This document shows positions 1 to 10,300 of a DNA stretch of 64,000 bases, in pieces. Each line of letters begins with the position of its first letter. Positions within the stretch are counted from its first letter, which is position 1. The stretch is from Halomicronema sp. CCY15110 (lineage in GTDB: Bacteria; Cyanobacteriota; Cyanobacteriia; Phormidesmidales; Phormidesmidaceae). Location of the stretch: contig NZ_JACSWC010000299.1 of the NCBI RefSeq assembly GCF_016888165.1, forward strand, positions 46,193 to 110,192, read 5' to 3'. Under the pieces are notes generated by a model, which was not told the DNA's origin, searched no databases, and saw only the letters and a program-made list of their open reading frames with translations. Position numbers and translations under genes: made by a program.

Positions 1-1
1 A

Positions 2-1039
2 ATCGAACGGAACTGCTGCGACTTGGGAAACCCGGTAGATGAGTTGGTCTGAGGGTAAGCACGCTAACACACGATTCAGGGTCTTAATTACAGGAAAGAA
101 TTGATATGAGTAAGCTAGGAGGGTATTCATATTATGGAGACCAATAGCCCAATCGTTTTGCAAGCCATAGGTTAATTGCTTAGAAATGCCTGGTAGCGCT
201 AAGAGCGTAATTTTGCCCAGGCCTAAGCGATGGTTAGATGAACCCATAAGAAACCCAATCGACCTGAGCAGCCAGGCATCAGGACGCATGATTATCACGC
301 TGACCGCTACGCTGAAAAACACGCTGACCGCCACGCCGAAAAACGCGCCGCTTGCCACGCCGAAAAACACGCCGAAAAACGCGCCGCCCGCCACGCCAAA
401 CGTCACGCCAAGTACTACGCCTGTCGCTACGCTGCCCGCCACGCTTAACGCCACGCCACCTGTCACACCTCCCACCGCGCCTGCAAACACGCCGACCGTC
501 ATCACTCCCGCCACCACTCCCGCCACCACTCCCGCCACGCCTTCCGCCACGAATCCTGACACGCTTCCTACCACGCCGCCCGCCACGCCAAACGTCACGC
601 CACCTACTACGCCGAACGCTACGCCGCCTGCAACGCCGAACGCCACGTTTCCCATCACGCCGCCCACCACGCCGCCCGTCACAGCGAACGCCACACCAAA
701 AAATACGCAGAACGCCATGATTCCCCAATTGATGGGGATGCGGAGCTGCTCAAGACCGATCACCACGCTCAAAGGTGTCACCACCGTAAGTAATAGCCCA
801 TGCAGCAGCAGTTGTCGTTGCACTGGGTTGTGGCGAAGAATTTCCCAGCCCTTGCGCCAGTTCATTTCTTTGTTTGGAATATAGCCCCTGCCAAAGGTAT
901 TGACATACCACCGCAACGCCTGCGGAAAGTAGAACACCCAGTACAGCAACCGTAGATAGTCCAGCGGGTTCCATAAGGAGAGGGGGCGCTTGAGTTTGGG
1001 GGCGAGGTCGAGTCGCGGGACTGCGGTGGGGCGAGGCAT
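2..1039 (-). CDS. Glycine-zipper-repeat membrane protein, 3' end beyond window start. Minus frame is open from stop-bounded position 1075 down to position 2. Candidate ATG at 1037-1039 (minus).
   Basis: Manual translation of the minus frame with codon low-ends at 2 mod 3. The frame upstream closes at 1076-1078 (TAG), which is the same stop that ends track ORF 1076..1270. No stop down to the window edge. N-term reads MPRPTAVPRLDLAPKLKRPLSLWNPLDYLRLLYWVFYFPQALRWY, followed by hydrophobic helices. Then ~35 tandem GVxGGVxF glycine-zipper-like units encoded by the 300-720 repeat, then a non-repetitive C-terminal part. Not in the ORF track because it is truncated at the edge. Confidence 0.5.
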   Translation of the reverse strand, partial: MPRPTAVPRLDLAPKLKRPLSLWNPLDYLRLLYWVFYFPQALRWYVNTFGRGYIPNKEMNWRKGWEILRHNPVQRQLLLHGLLLTVVTPLSVVIGLEQLRIPINWGIMAFCVFFGVAFAVTGGVVGGVMGNVAFGVAGGVAFGVVGGVTFGVAGGVVGSVSGFVAEGVAGVVAGVVAGVMTVGVFAGAVGGVTGGVALSVAGSVATGVVLGVTFGVAGGAFFGVFFGVASGAFFGVAVSVFFSVAVSVIIMRPDAWLLRSIGFLMGSSNHRLGLGKITLLALPGISKQLTYGLQNDWAIGLHNMNTLLAYSYQFFPVIKTLNRVLACLPSDQLIYRVSQVAAVPFD

Positions 1040-1097
1040 GGTGGGGAGTGGCTGGGTAGCAGGGTAGTTGGGTGGCTAGATGATTGGGTGCGAAGGC

Positions 1098-2384
1098 CTA
1101 GGTTTGGCGGTATTGGTTGTAGAGAGTGTGGCAGGCTTGGGTGAGGGCTTGGGGATTGCCGTTGGCGTCGTTGATGAGCTGGTCAATTTCGCGCTCGGAA
1201 AACTGAATCGTGCTGTTGGCCAAGCGGACGGCAATATAGGCACGGGCGGTATCTGGTGCCCAAGGGGCAATGGGCTGCTCTTGACAAATATTTTCGAAGG
1301 GGGAAACGGTGAGTTCTTGATTTCGGTCTGGAAACAACATGTCTAAAGACACTCTGGCTGCGATCACAATTTTTAGCGGCGCATCTTGGGTGTCGGCAAT
1401 GCCACGTAGCTGTTCTCGAATATTACGGGTAAATCCTGCTTGGGCAAAGCGTTCCACTTCATCCAGCAACAGCAAATAGGAATGGTTGGCTTTTTCTCGG
1501 TTCAGCTTGCGCACTAAGGCGCGGCCATTCAGCGTTTCGATCTTGATCGCGGTGCAGAGATCTTCAAAGAATTCCGCTTCCGTAAACACGTTGGTGAGGT
1601 CAAGAAAGATAGGAGTGCGATCAACAGTTAACCGTTCCGGGGCTTGGCGCATGAGGGCGCGCAGGAGCGAAGACTTCCCCGAATTATGCTCGCCAATCAG
1701 GGCCACGTTATGGTTCGTGTTCAGCAACTCGAACAGGGTATTGAGCAGCCGTTCACGGTCAAAAAACTGCTCAGGCTGTTCAATGCCGCCGTGCAGCGGA
1801 AAAAACGGATTGGTGGCGTCCTCGGGATTGTCGGCAAGGGCCGGGAATGACGGCTGACTGTCGGGCTTGGCGCGATCGGTTGCCTCATTTTCTGAGACCG
1901 CCTCTAAATTCAGCTCACCGAGAAAATTGGCGCGACGCGTGTAATAGTCCTTTCGCTGCTGCTCGTTACTGGCCAACCGTTCCAGAATAAGGGTCGCCAG
2001 CTGTTCGGGCGTTTTCTGATCCAATTCAATGAAGCCAGAGGCAGGGCTGAGCCCATCGGCAGTGGCATAGTCAAAGCGGCAGGGCATTACCCGTTCGCCG
2101 TCAGCTTTCGTCAGCAAGCCGTAGATCTGCACCCATTCCCAGCCAGTCCAGCGTTTCTGGTCGTAGTCTGGGCACAGCACCGGCACAATCAGAGCAGACT
2201 GTTCGCTGTAGAGTCGCGGCAAATAGAGGCCCAGGTCATAACGAGCAAATTCCGCCTCGCAATACTTGTCGTAGAGAATCTGCGCTTCGCCAAAATAGTC
2301 GGCCAGTAGTGCCGCTACCTGTTCGACAAAGTCGCGCTTTTCTCCTGCAAAGGAAAAGGCCACCCGAAATCGCTTGGTGCTCAT
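1098..2384 (-). CDS. TIR-like domain fused to a P-loop NTPase (AAA/STAND-like ATPase)
   Basis: N-term FRVAFSFAGEKRDFVEQVAALL...SALIVPVLCPDYDQKRWTGWEW has a TIR-like pattern (FxFxGE ... W..E). Walker A is ALIGEHNSGKSSLL and Walker B is YLLLLDEVE. The gene ends 58 bp upstream of the glycine-zipper ORF on the same strand. Confidence 0.7.
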   Translation of the reverse strand: MSTKRFRVAFSFAGEKRDFVEQVAALLADYFGEAQILYDKYCEAEFARYDLGLYLPRLYSEQSALIVPVLCPDYDQKRWTGWEWVQIYGLLTKADGERVMPCRFDYATADGLSPASGFIELDQKTPEQLATLILERLASNEQQRKDYYTRRANFLGELNLEAVSENEATDRAKPDSQPSFPALADNPEDATNPFFPLHGGIEQPEQFFDRERLLNTLFELLNTNHNVALIGEHNSGKSSLLRALMRQAPERLTVDRTPIFLDLTNVFTEAEFFEDLCTAIKIETLNGRALVRKLNREKANHSYLLLLDEVERFAQAGFTRNIREQLRGIADTQDAPLKIVIAARVSLDMLFPDRNQELTVSPFENICQEQPIAPWAPDTARAYIAVRLANSTIQFSEREIDQLINDANGNPQALTQACHTLYNQYRQT

Positions 2385-2554
2385 CGAATCACGCTGTGCA
2401 AGTCAACAACTCTCCCCTCAGTTTTAACCCGTGGATAAAGAATTCCGACACGGAGGGCCGATATCAACACCGCCTTAGCCCAAGTTGGCCCGCGATCGCT
2501 CGCCTCCCACCCCTGCTTTACAGCCTCGCTCAATTTTCGCCACACTAGAGAAAA

Positions 2555-4111
2555 ATGGGTGATGGGAAATCGATGAATACAGACGTAGTCGTCATTGGCA
2601 GTGGCATCGGGGGCCTGAGCTGCGCGGCCTTGCTGGCACGGTATGGGCTGGAGGTCGTCGTCTGCGAAAGCCACACGATCCCCGGTGGAGCGGCCCACGG
2701 ATTTGAGCGGGACGGGTTCACCTTTGACTCCGGGCCATCGCTGTATTCCGGCCTGTCCTACAGCCCCTCCCACAATCCCCTGCGCCACGTGTTCGATGCC
2801 ATTGGCGAAGCCCCCGAATGGCACACCTACGACACCTGGGGCTGCTGCCTGCCCGAAGGCACCTTTGAGACCCAGGTGGGAGCCGAACAATTTTGCGAGG
2901 TACTGGGAAAATTGCGGGGCAGCGAGGCGATCGCCCAGTGGCGCAATCTCCAAACCTTTATGCAGCCCTATGGTGAAGCGGCTGTCGCCTTGCCTCCAGC
3001 AGCGCTGCGCTTCGACTGGGGAGCCGTCCAAACCGTAGCGCCGTTCGCCTTGCCGATGCTGCGTCACGCTCCCTGCATGTTGGATCTCACGGGGCCGTTT
3101 ACCCGCCTGATGGATCGGGTGGTGAGCGATCGCTTTCTCCGCCACTGGCTGGATCTGCTGTGCTTTTTGCTGTCGGGCCTCCCCGCGTCCGGCACCAGCG
3201 CCGCCGAGATGGCCTTCATGTTTGCCGACTGGTATCGCCCCGGTGTCGCGCTGGATTATCCCGTGGGCGGCAGTGCGGCCCTGGTGAATGCTCTGGTGCG
3301 CGGGCTGGAGAAACATGGCGGCACCCTGCGCCTTGGTGCCCACGTCGAGGAAATTTTGGTGACGGGCGATCGCGCTTCTGGAGTGCGCCTGCGATCCGGC
3401 GAAACCCTCCACGCCAAACGCGCCGTAGTTGCCAACGCCTCCATTTGGGACACGTTGAAGTTGCTGCCGGATCATCCCGCCACGCGATCGCTCCGTCGCC
3501 AGCGCCAAGCCCTGCCCCCCTGCGACAGCTTCATGCATCTGCACCTGGGCATTGACGCCGCCGGACTCCCCGACGATTTGGCCTGTCACCACATCGTCGT
3601 CAACGATTGGGATTTGGGCGTCACCGCACCGCAAAACGTAGTACTCATCTCCATCCCCTCCCGCCTTGACCGCACCCTCGCCCCATCCGGCAAAGACACA
3701 ATCCACGTCTACACCCCCGGCAACGAACCCTATGACCTCTGGCAGGGGCTCGATCGCCGCAGCGACGCCTACCACCAGCTCAAGACGGCCCGCTCCCAAG
3801 TGATATGGCAGGCGCTGGAGCGGGTGATTCCCGACATTCGCGATCGCGCCGAAGTTTCCCTCGTCGGCACGCCCCTCACCCACGAGCGCTTTTTGCGACG
3901 ACATCGCGGCAGTTATGGCCCCGCGATCGCGGCTGGCAAGGCCCTCTTCCCCGGCCCCACCACGCCCCTTGACGGGTTGCTTTGTTGTGGCGACTCCACC
4001 TTTCCCGGTATTGGTCTGCCAGCGGTGGCCGCCAGCGGTTGGCTCACCGCCAATACCCTTGTGCCCGTCCACGACCAAATAAAGCTACTAGAAACTATCG
4101 GGCTGCGTTAA
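2555..4111 (+). CDS. FAD-dependent oxidoreductase, phytoene desaturase/carotenoid isomerase (CrtISO/CrtH-like) family
   Basis: N-terminal dinucleotide-binding motif VVVIGSGIGGLSCAALLARYGLEVVVCESHTIPGG. Length 518 aa. Confidence 0.75.
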   Translation: MGDGKSMNTDVVVIGSGIGGLSCAALLARYGLEVVVCESHTIPGGAAHGFERDGFTFDSGPSLYSGLSYSPSHNPLRHVFDAIGEAPEWHTYDTWGCCLPEGTFETQVGAEQFCEVLGKLRGSEAIAQWRNLQTFMQPYGEAAVALPPAALRFDWGAVQTVAPFALPMLRHAPCMLDLTGPFTRLMDRVVSDRFLRHWLDLLCFLLSGLPASGTSAAEMAFMFADWYRPGVALDYPVGGSAALVNALVRGLEKHGGTLRLGAHVEEILVTGDRASGVRLRSGETLHAKRAVVANASIWDTLKLLPDHPATRSLRRQRQALPPCDSFMHLHLGIDAAGLPDDLACHHIVVNDWDLGVTAPQNVVLISIPSRLDRTLAPSGKDTIHVYTPGNEPYDLWQGLDRRSDAYHQLKTARSQVIWQALERVIPDIRDRAEVSLVGTPLTHERFLRRHRGSYGPAIAAGKALFPGPTTPLDGLLCCGDSTFPGIGLPAVAASGWLTANTLVPVHDQIKLLETIGLR

Positions 4112-4187
4112 GTTGTCTGACCTGGCGGCTAGTTTCTCCGGGCGATCGCTCAGACGGGGCGAAACATGAGTCGAAGGTTCTCAGCAT

Positions 4188-5267
4188 TTGACCATGTCCT
4201 CTTCTTTCTCTGCTTCGGAGCCTGCCACTCCTGTCATTCCTGTCACCGCCGGGGCGATCGCCACCGCCCCGGTGGACTTGTCGGAGTGGCAGCGCTTTCT
4301 CCAGTCCCAACCTTTGAATGCTGAGGCCATCGCCAGCCTGGATGAGCCAGCTTGCGATCTGGACGCCACACCGTCAGCCTCAATGTGGCGGCTGCTGGGC
4401 CAAACGCTCGGGAGCCTGTCTAGTAGTTGGCCTCTCGGCCTCTTAGCTGGGGCCGTCGCCGCTGGGAACCTGACGCTGCTAGCCTTTGATCACCTATTGA
4501 CGTTGCCGACAGAGCCTGACTGTGACGCTTGGGCGAGCCTCGACTTGGCGCGTGACCAATTAACCTGCTGGCAAACGGCGATCGCAAACGGCGACACTCA
4601 GGCAAAGCAAATGGCCCTGGCCGAGGTGAGCCGCTGGCCCGTCAGCCATCCCCTCTTTAGCGAAGGGCAAAACTTATTGGAGGACTGGTCGCACACCGCG
4701 CTGCAAGAAGCCCAGCAGGCCGCCACCGACGACAATTGGGCCACGGCGATCGCCCTGGTCGCACAAGTGCCTGGGCAGAGCCCGCACTTTCAGGCCGCCC
4801 AGGCACTGCAAGCCCAGCTACAAACTCAACAACAGAAATTAGCCCAGGCGCTTAACACTCAAGCTCAGTCGGCCCTCGCAGTGGCGGACTGGGCGACCGC
4901 TTACCAGGCTCTATCACAGCTACAGCAACTCGATCACGCTGCCGTCCCCTTAGATTCACCCCAGCAACTAGCGCAGCAAATCACCGCCGAACGCGAAGCT
5001 GTCCGATTGTGGAATGAAGCCCAGCGGTTATGGGATTCTGGCCTGGTCACCAATCGCGACACGGCGATCGCGATCGCCTATCAAATCGATTCCCGTACCC
5101 ATCGCTGGCAAGCCATTCAACCCGTCGTGAGTCGTTGGCGCGAGGCCCAGCTGACCCTGGCGCAGACCGACACCGCCCCCACTGCAACCCCCATGTCTCC
5201 GCCCCAACTGGTTTCGTTCCCTTACCAACCGCACTTTAGCGGGAGTCTTCAGCCCGTTCAGTATTAG
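4188..5267 (+). CDS. Hypothetical Ala/Gln-rich protein
   Basis: Long ORF with low-complexity A/Q-rich, coiled-coil-like sequence. No recognisable domain. Confidence 0.4.
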   Translation: MTMSSSFSASEPATPVIPVTAGAIATAPVDLSEWQRFLQSQPLNAEAIASLDEPACDLDATPSASMWRLLGQTLGSLSSSWPLGLLAGAVAAGNLTLLAFDHLLTLPTEPDCDAWASLDLARDQLTCWQTAIANGDTQAKQMALAEVSRWPVSHPLFSEGQNLLEDWSHTALQEAQQAATDDNWATAIALVAQVPGQSPHFQAAQALQAQLQTQQQKLAQALNTQAQSALAVADWATAYQALSQLQQLDHAAVPLDSPQQLAQQITAEREAVRLWNEAQRLWDSGLVTNRDTAIAIAYQIDSRTHRWQAIQPVVSRWREAQLTLAQTDTAPTATPMSPPQLVSFPYQPHFSGSLQPVQY

Positions 5268-5898
5268 TGCTCTGGTGGGGCGGCAACACTTCTGCCCGCG
5301 TCGGCCCCAGGTAGCGCGTCAGATAGGGCGAAAAGACCTCATAAATCAGCGTCAACGGCTTGCCATTGTGCCAAAACAAATAGTGCCGTCCCCAAAAAGG
5401 GCCGCGCTCGCCAAAAGCCACTTCCAGCGGTTGTGAATGGCCGTAATGAATGCCCCGAATGTCGCGGTACAGTTCGGCGCGGATGCGGGTGAGACTGGCC
5501 CAAATAGGCAGCGATCGATTTTGCAAATACTCATCCACATGGCTGGCTTCCCACCAAGAGGTGGCATAGGCGAGCCGCTGGCCCGAGGCAGTCCGCAACC
5601 AAACCTGGCGACGCAATCGAGGCCCAGGCACCGCATCAATGATCTGCGGCGCATCGTCAGGCTCCATACCAATCGCCGACATATCAATCACATCCACTTC
5701 AGTACGCTCGCGGGTGAGCAACTGCAAGTGCCGCGTCGGCGAGCCATCCCCCAGCAGCAAAATCTGCCAAGCGGGCGAGAGCTGATCGTGTGGCAACCCT
5801 CGTTTGACTACGGTGCCGCCGCCCTGCCAGAGAACGTCTAGGGCCAACCACGTAGAAGAACCAGAAATCACTTGGGAGGGTCTGACAACCGAAGTCAA
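5236..5898 (-). CDS. Chorismate lyase-like protein (UbiC/DUF98 family)
   Basis: Motif WQILLLGDGSPTRHLQLLT resembles cyanobacterial chorismate pyruvate-lyase family proteins. Length 220 aa. Confidence 0.55.
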   Translation of the reverse strand: MTSVVRPSQVISGSSTWLALDVLWQGGGTVVKRGLPHDQLSPAWQILLLGDGSPTRHLQLLTRERTEVDVIDMSAIGMEPDDAPQIIDAVPGPRLRRQVWLRTASGQRLAYATSWWEASHVDEYLQNRSLPIWASLTRIRAELYRDIRGIHYGHSQPLEVAFGERGPFWGRHYLFWHNGKPLTLIYEVFSPYLTRYLGPTRAEVLPPHQSTNTERAEDSR

Positions 5899-6401
5899 AA
5901 TGTTTACAAAAGTTAAGCTTCTTTCACATCATAGTACCTGCTTTCCCGCTGGGACCGCAGCCGCGCCCCAATCTCGTCCTGGTTGGGCCGCCGCCCGCCC
6001 CAGCCAAGCCCCAAAAACGAGAGAATCCCAACGGTGCGCCGTTCGCAACTGAATGCGGCGGCCACGATGCCATTGCGCGATCGCTGCCAGCCGTTGGGAT
6101 GGCCCATTGACTCAGTCAGATCTCTCTCCAGCGGTAGCATAGGGCCACAGTCAGCCACCCATCAGCCGCCTAATCGTTGCAATCCATCAATATGTGATGC
6201 ATTCATGCATCCGGTCGAATTTCTTTGGGTAATATTGAATTCTGAAACCACGTGAGTGCTTCCAGCAGTCAGATTGGGCACCTTAAAGCTTGGTTAGGGT
6301 GATATCCCGCTGCTAACGGCAGTTTCTGGTTTGGACAATTCACAACAGAACTGGCGTCAGGGCGGACAAAATTCAGTTACTAATACATCCAGTTTGGATA
6401 T

Positions 6402-7178
6402 ATGCCATCTCCCGTTCAGACTTATCAATTACTGGCAACTAAAACCGACCACCAAGGGGTGCAGGTTGGGTTTATCGATCGCACCGAAGATGTCACGCAT
6501 TTTTTGACCGCGACGGGGTTAGATAAACCGCACCTGACCTTAGTCATTGTGGGCGGTGCCAGTGGCTTGGATAATGACCAGCAGACCCAGCTAGACGGGC
6601 TCTTTCATCGCGTCCTAGCGCCCCTAGCGGAAGAAATGCAGCTCTATGTTGTGGATGGCGGCACGGATGCAGGCGTCATGCGACTGATGGGACAGGCCCG
6701 CACAGCTATTAACGGGACTTTTCCGCTGATTGGGGTGGCCCCGCGATCGCTGGTCAGCTTGCCCGACCAACCCGCGACTCATCCCGACGCCTCCACCCTA
6801 GAACCGAACCATACGCACTGCCTGCTGGTCCCTGGCGAACAGTGGGGCGATGAATCTCGCTGGATTGCCGAGATTGCCACCCATTTGTCGGGCGAGCACG
6901 AGTCCATGACTATCTTGATCAATGGCGGTTCCGTGACCGTCAGCGATGCCTACGCCAGTGTGGCCGCTGGGCGGGAAATTGTGATTGTGGCGGGTACCGG
7001 ACGCATTGCCGACGACATTGTGCAAGCGCTACGCTACAAAGTCGTCGAAGGCAGAACCATTGAAGATCCCCGGCTCGCCAAACTAATTGACACCTCGGAC
7101 GACTTACTGACTGCGATCGATTTAGACAACCGTCCTGCCGATTTCATCCAAGATCTCAAAACTTTGCTCATGACCTAA
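6402..7178 (+). CDS. Rossmann-like SLOG/LOG-family domain protein (putative nucleotide/ligand-binding)
   Basis: Gly-rich strand-loop motifs LTLVIVGGASGLDND, YVVDGGTDAGVMRLMGQA and TILINGGSVTV are reminiscent of LOG/SLOG Rossmann folds. Lies 142 bp upstream of the TIR-WD40 gene on the same strand. Confidence 0.45.
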   Translation: MPSPVQTYQLLATKTDHQGVQVGFIDRTEDVTHFLTATGLDKPHLTLVIVGGASGLDNDQQTQLDGLFHRVLAPLAEEMQLYVVDGGTDAGVMRLMGQARTAINGTFPLIGVAPRSLVSLPDQPATHPDASTLEPNHTHCLLVPGEQWGDESRWIAEIATHLSGEHESMTILINGGSVTVSDAYASVAAGREIVIVAGTGRIADDIVQALRYKVVEGRTIEDPRLAKLIDTSDDLLTAIDLDNRPADFIQDLKTLLMT

Positions 7179-7320
7179 GCCTGCCAGGCATCATTGGCCA
7201 TTTGCCCACGGTTCAGTCAGAGCCACCCAGTCGGGCAAATTTCCTTCGATATGATAGGAGGCAAGGAGTTCCCGCCATGGGCCAGATTGGGATCGTGGTC
7301 CGTGGCCTCAGCAATCAGGA

Positions 7321-10300
7321 GTGCCCATGCCAGATGATGCGTTAGACGCGCTACTCAAAGGTGAACCGAGGAAGCGGCAGTCGCGCCTGCCAGGGCTCAA
7401 GGTGGCAGATATTTTAACCATGCCATCCGAACAGCAATCGCTAGTGAATTGGTTGCTGCGTCATTATGAAGCGAATGCTGAAACCATTGCCCAGAAGATC
7501 AATCAACCGCTGCCGCAAGTGCAATCGAGCCTGGATAACCTGATCCAGCAGGGATTACTTAAAACGATCAACCGTCAAGGCGCTACTCTTTATCGCGTCA
7601 AGCTAGCGCCGAAGTCGGGCCGACAAATGCCGACGGATGTCTGGCAGGTATTGGATCAAGACACTAAGCAGGCGAATGTCTTCATCTCTTACTCGCGGCG
7701 CAACAAGGAATTTGTGCAAGAACTGCACGGCGCGTTGGAGGCCACCAAACGCGAAGTCTGGGTCGATTGGGAAAATATTCCCGTCGCGGTGGACTGGTGG
7801 CAGGAAATTCAACTGGGCATTGAATTAGCCGATACCTTCGTCTTTGTGCTGAGTCCTGACTCTGTGTCCTCTAAGGTGTGTGGCCAGGAAATAGAAGAAG
7901 CTCTGAAGCACAACAAACGCCTGGTGCCCGTCATCTGCCAGGATGTGCAACCGGATCAGGTACATCCCGAACTGGCCCGCCTCAACTGGATTTTCTTACG
8001 CGCTCAAGACGACTTTCAACAAGGATTCAAAAACCTATTAGAAGCCCTAGACCAAGATTTAGACTACGTTCGCACCCATACACGCCTTCTCGTTCGGGCA
8101 CTGGAATGGGATCGCAACGGCCAGGATGGTAGCTATCTGCTGCGGGGAGCCGATCTCGATCGCGCCAACCACTACCTCGCCCAAGGCAAAGATCAGGAAC
8201 CGCGTCCCACTGCCCTGCACCATCAATATGTTATCGCCAGTGGCGAAGTCGAAGCCGCTGTCAGGGATCTCGAACTGAGACGCCAAAAGGCGGCGATGGC
8301 AGGGCAACAGCGGTGGTTGCAACTCGTCACGGCAATTTCGGTTTTGGCCGTGGCGATGGGCATCACTAGTTGGGGTCTATCGCGGCAGGCCCAAAGCGCC
8401 CAAAAGCGGGCTGAGCAAGCTCAACTCCGAGCCCTGAACCAGTCGGCGCAGGCGTTATTCCTGTCCGACCAACGGTTTGACGCCCTCTTGTCGGCGACCC
8501 AAGCGGGACAGCTCTTCCAATCTTTAGAGCCCGAATGGCAGACGCCTGAGCTGCGATCGCAAGTGCTCAGTGCGCTCCAGCAGTCGCTGTTCTGGATTCA
8601 AGAGCGCAATCGTTTAGAGGGACATACCGGCACCGTTTGGCAGGTCGCCTTTAGCCCCGATGAGCAAAAACTAGCTTCGGTCAGTGCCGATGGCGACATT
8701 CGCCTGTGGGGACTCGATGGCCAGCTCTTAAACGTGCTGGAATGTGACGGCTCCCCCTTGCTGGATGTCGCTTTTTCGGCCGATGGCGATCGCCTCGTGG
8801 CGGTTGATGATGACGGCTCGATACACTTATGGAGTTCGAATGGCATCCTACAGGGCACCTGGCAGGCCCACCAACAGCCCACCCGAGCCGTCGCCTTTGC
8901 GCCATCAGGCACCCAAATCGCCACTGCCAGCGAAGATGCCACCGTCAAAGTTTGGTCCACAGAGGGCGACTTAGTAGCCACCCTAGAGGGCGATATCGGG
9001 GGCTTTCAGGCGCTCTTGTGGACGGCTGACGACCAAATTATCGCCGGCGACGAACAAGGCAATATCTACGTTTGGGACGCTACCGGAGTCTTGATTAGCC
9101 AGTTCTCCAGTTCCTCTGAGGCGCTGATTGCCCTGGCCTTGAGTCCCGATGGGGCCACCCTAGCAGCCGTCGGGGACGATCGCCAGGTCAGGCTACACAA
9201 TCTCGCCGATCAGTCCCTGATCCGCACATTCCCCGCCCACAACGGTGCCATCTACAACGTGCAGTTCACCCCCGATGGCGAACAGCTAATCACCGTAGGT
9301 GACGATAAGGTCATTCGCCTGTGGCAGCTAGACGGTACGGCATCGGCTAACCTCGTCGGCCACACGGGCTTGATTGCGGCGCTCGCCATTAGCCCTGATG
9401 GCTTGATGATCGCCACCTCTGGCGGCGATCACGCCATTCGATTATGGGATTTACAGCGCGATAACCTGCACCTGCTGCTGGGTCATCAAGACTCCGTTAA
9501 TAGTGTGGCGATCGCCCCGACCGAAGACCTGATTGTCACGGGCGGGCGCGATGGCACGGTGCGTCTCTGGCAGGAATCGGGCACGCCCCTCAACACGCTA
9601 ACCGGCCACGACAGAGCCGTCAATGCGGTGGCCTTTAGCCCCGATGGTGAACTCGTAGCCTCTGCGGGGGCCGATGGCACCGTGCGCCTCTGGCAAGATG
9701 TCCAGTCCAACACCCCGACCGCTCAAGTCCTGACAGGGCACGTGGGAGCCGTCAACAATGTCGCCTTTAGCCCCGATGGTGAGCTCGTGGCTTCCGTCGG
9801 CGAAGACCACACTCTCCGCTTGTGGCGACCCGATGGCCGCTTAGTGACCACCATCGAAGAAGCTCACCGAGATGGAGCCTTTGGCGTCGCCTTTAGTCCC
9901 GATGGGCAACAAATTGTGACCAGCGGCTGGGATCACCTGGCGAAAATCTGGCCCGTTGCCGACATCGACCAGGCCAAGCCGCAAATTTTAGCCGGCCACC
10001 AAGGGTGGGTGCTCGATGCTCAGTTCAGTCCGGATGGAGCCCTGATCGCCACCGCCAGTTACGACAATTCAGTACGGCTTTGGCAGGCCAGTACGGGCGA
10101 ACCGTTGACCACCCTGCAGGGCCATAGGGATGGAGTGTTATCGGTGGCATTTACCCCCAGTGGCCAAAACATTGTTACCGCGAGCAACGACAACTCCATT
10201 CGCATTTGGGACCTAGAGGGTCGAACCGTCTCGACCCTTTCCGGGCATACCCAAGGCGTGAACGCAGTCGCAGTCGACCCCAAAGAGGGCTATGTGGTGT

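Noticed and set aside
186-884. Plus-strand 232-aa TP-rich ORF, and ORFs 279..728 (-) and 352..720 (+), over the tandem repeat
   Set aside because: These are low-complexity translations of a GC-rich repeat in alternative frames. Only the third minus frame continues as a long ORF through non-repetitive sequence, so these are treated as frame artefacts.
2381-4078. 565-aa minus-strand ORF antisense to the FAD oxidoreductase gene
   Set aside because: Gly/Ala/Arg-rich translation typical of antisense reading of high-GC coding DNA. The plus-strand gene has a clear dinucleotide-binding motif.
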